DNA of 64,000 bases from the human T2T-CHM13v2.0 reference genome, Homo sapiens, in the NCBI RefSeq assembly GCF_009914755.1, contig NC_060926.1; one strand, given 5' to 3'. Positions 62,947 to 64,000 of this stretch are shown piece after piece (positions within the stretch are counted from its first letter, which is position 1; every line of letters starts with the position of its first letter). A program made the position numbers and the translations under genes. The notes beneath the pieces are model-generated. The model was given only the letters and a program-made list of their open reading frames with translations. It was not told the DNA's origin and did no database searches.

Positions 62947-62993
62947 AGGTCACCATAACTGAAGCATCTGAAGATGACTATGAATATGAAGAG
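62947..62993 (+). CDS. SPAG16: SPAG16 coding exon 2 (47 nt, (Q)VTITEASEDDYEYEE)
   Basis: Flanked by TTCAG| and |GTAACA. 136+47=183 nt = 61 codons, open, and it continues the remembered SPAG16 sequence. Confidence 0.93.
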
Positions 62994-64000
62994 GTAACAT
63001 GTTAATTTTAGGTGTTTATTCTGTAAATTTATTGCAGTCATTCTCATGAAATGCTCATTTTATTTTCTGAAACATGTAAGAACCATTCTTTTTTCTTAAG
63101 AGATACCAGTTTTTCAACTGAATTTAGCTAGTATCAGCTGATTAAGAATGAGATGTGAAAATTCTGTTTAAACATTTAAATTGGAAAATACATCTGATTC
63201 TTTTGATTTTCCTGTTAATCGTCCTTCAGGTTCAGCTCCTTATTACCTGCCTTGTAGATTCCTACCATAAACTGTTATCTCTGTTCAGGAGGCACTTCCT
63301 TCCTGTCATCCAGTCTGCTCTTGTCAAGGATTCCTAGATTCCCACTGCTCAGTTGAAGCGGAGGCCTTATGCATCCTTCCAGCTTAACAGTATTTCTATC
63401 TAATGTGGTTCCTATCTCAAAGCTTTCCTTTAATTCATTGTTCCCGAGACCTATCATTACTTCGGACACTTGGAGGATAAAATCACTGGTAGATGACAGA
63501 GGCTGTGAATGAAACTGTGTGGAAATAAGCCTGGCGAGCCTGGGTGAGCAAGAGACAGGATGAAAATTGGAGACAGGCTTTTTATTACTGGTAAAATGGA
63601 GATTATGTGTACCACATGAAGTTCCTGAATGAGTTAATAAATGTAAAAGGCCTAAACCAGTGATCAGTACATAAGAAGCGTGTGTTAAGTCTTAACTGTC
63701 ATTAATCATAATTGCAATCCATCACGTCCTTTCAAGATTTTAATGCTCAGTGAGTTTTATTTTTTAATAAACGAGAGATTTTCAGTTGCTAGTAGTTCTG
63801 AAAAAGTGATGGTGGAAAGCACTTGAGATGGGGCAAGAATGGTGATATTTAGATAGCCTTATTATTTTTTCAGCAGAATTGTTAGATTACATTTTCTATT
63901 ATAGATAAAAGCAGTTGCCCACAAACTAATCCTGAATTTATTAGAAGTGACGTTTATTGACATTTACAAGGAAGTCAGAAGAAAGCAGTTATTCATTTTT

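Noticed and set aside
62944-62948. Tandem acceptor CAGAG
   Set aside because: Using the second AG removes 2 nt and breaks the frame. Only the first AG restores the SPAG16 sequence.

Overview
Mammalian, almost certainly human, genomic DNA: AT-rich and dense in repeats, with an AluYa5 copy. About 51 kb of non-coding upstream sequence is followed by a CpG-island promoter and the first two coding exons of a gene recognised from memory as SPAG16 (MAAQRGMPSSAVRVLEEALG...YYLE|QVTITEASEDDYEYEE). Intron 1 (51502-62946) has minor-spliceosome (U12) signals. The promoter has tandem RFX X-boxes, a forkhead site and a TCTCGCGAGA element, which fits a bidirectional ciliary-gene promoter. The rest is 17 Alus, L1 pieces, a full-length THE1 element, solo LTRs, DNA-transposon relics and MIRs. 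Nearly all track ORFs are repeat-derived or chance. I see no evidence of a new protein-coding system. The structural oddities worth checking are several short templated duplications (one overwrites an Alu 3' end), an old duplicated block carrying a tailless 5S rRNA retro-fragment, two inverted LTR+PBS units, a tiny inverted L1 with an apparent 3' transduction, and an in-frame U2 donor nested in the U12 intron. Repeat subfamily calls and most repeat boundaries are by eye and approximate.
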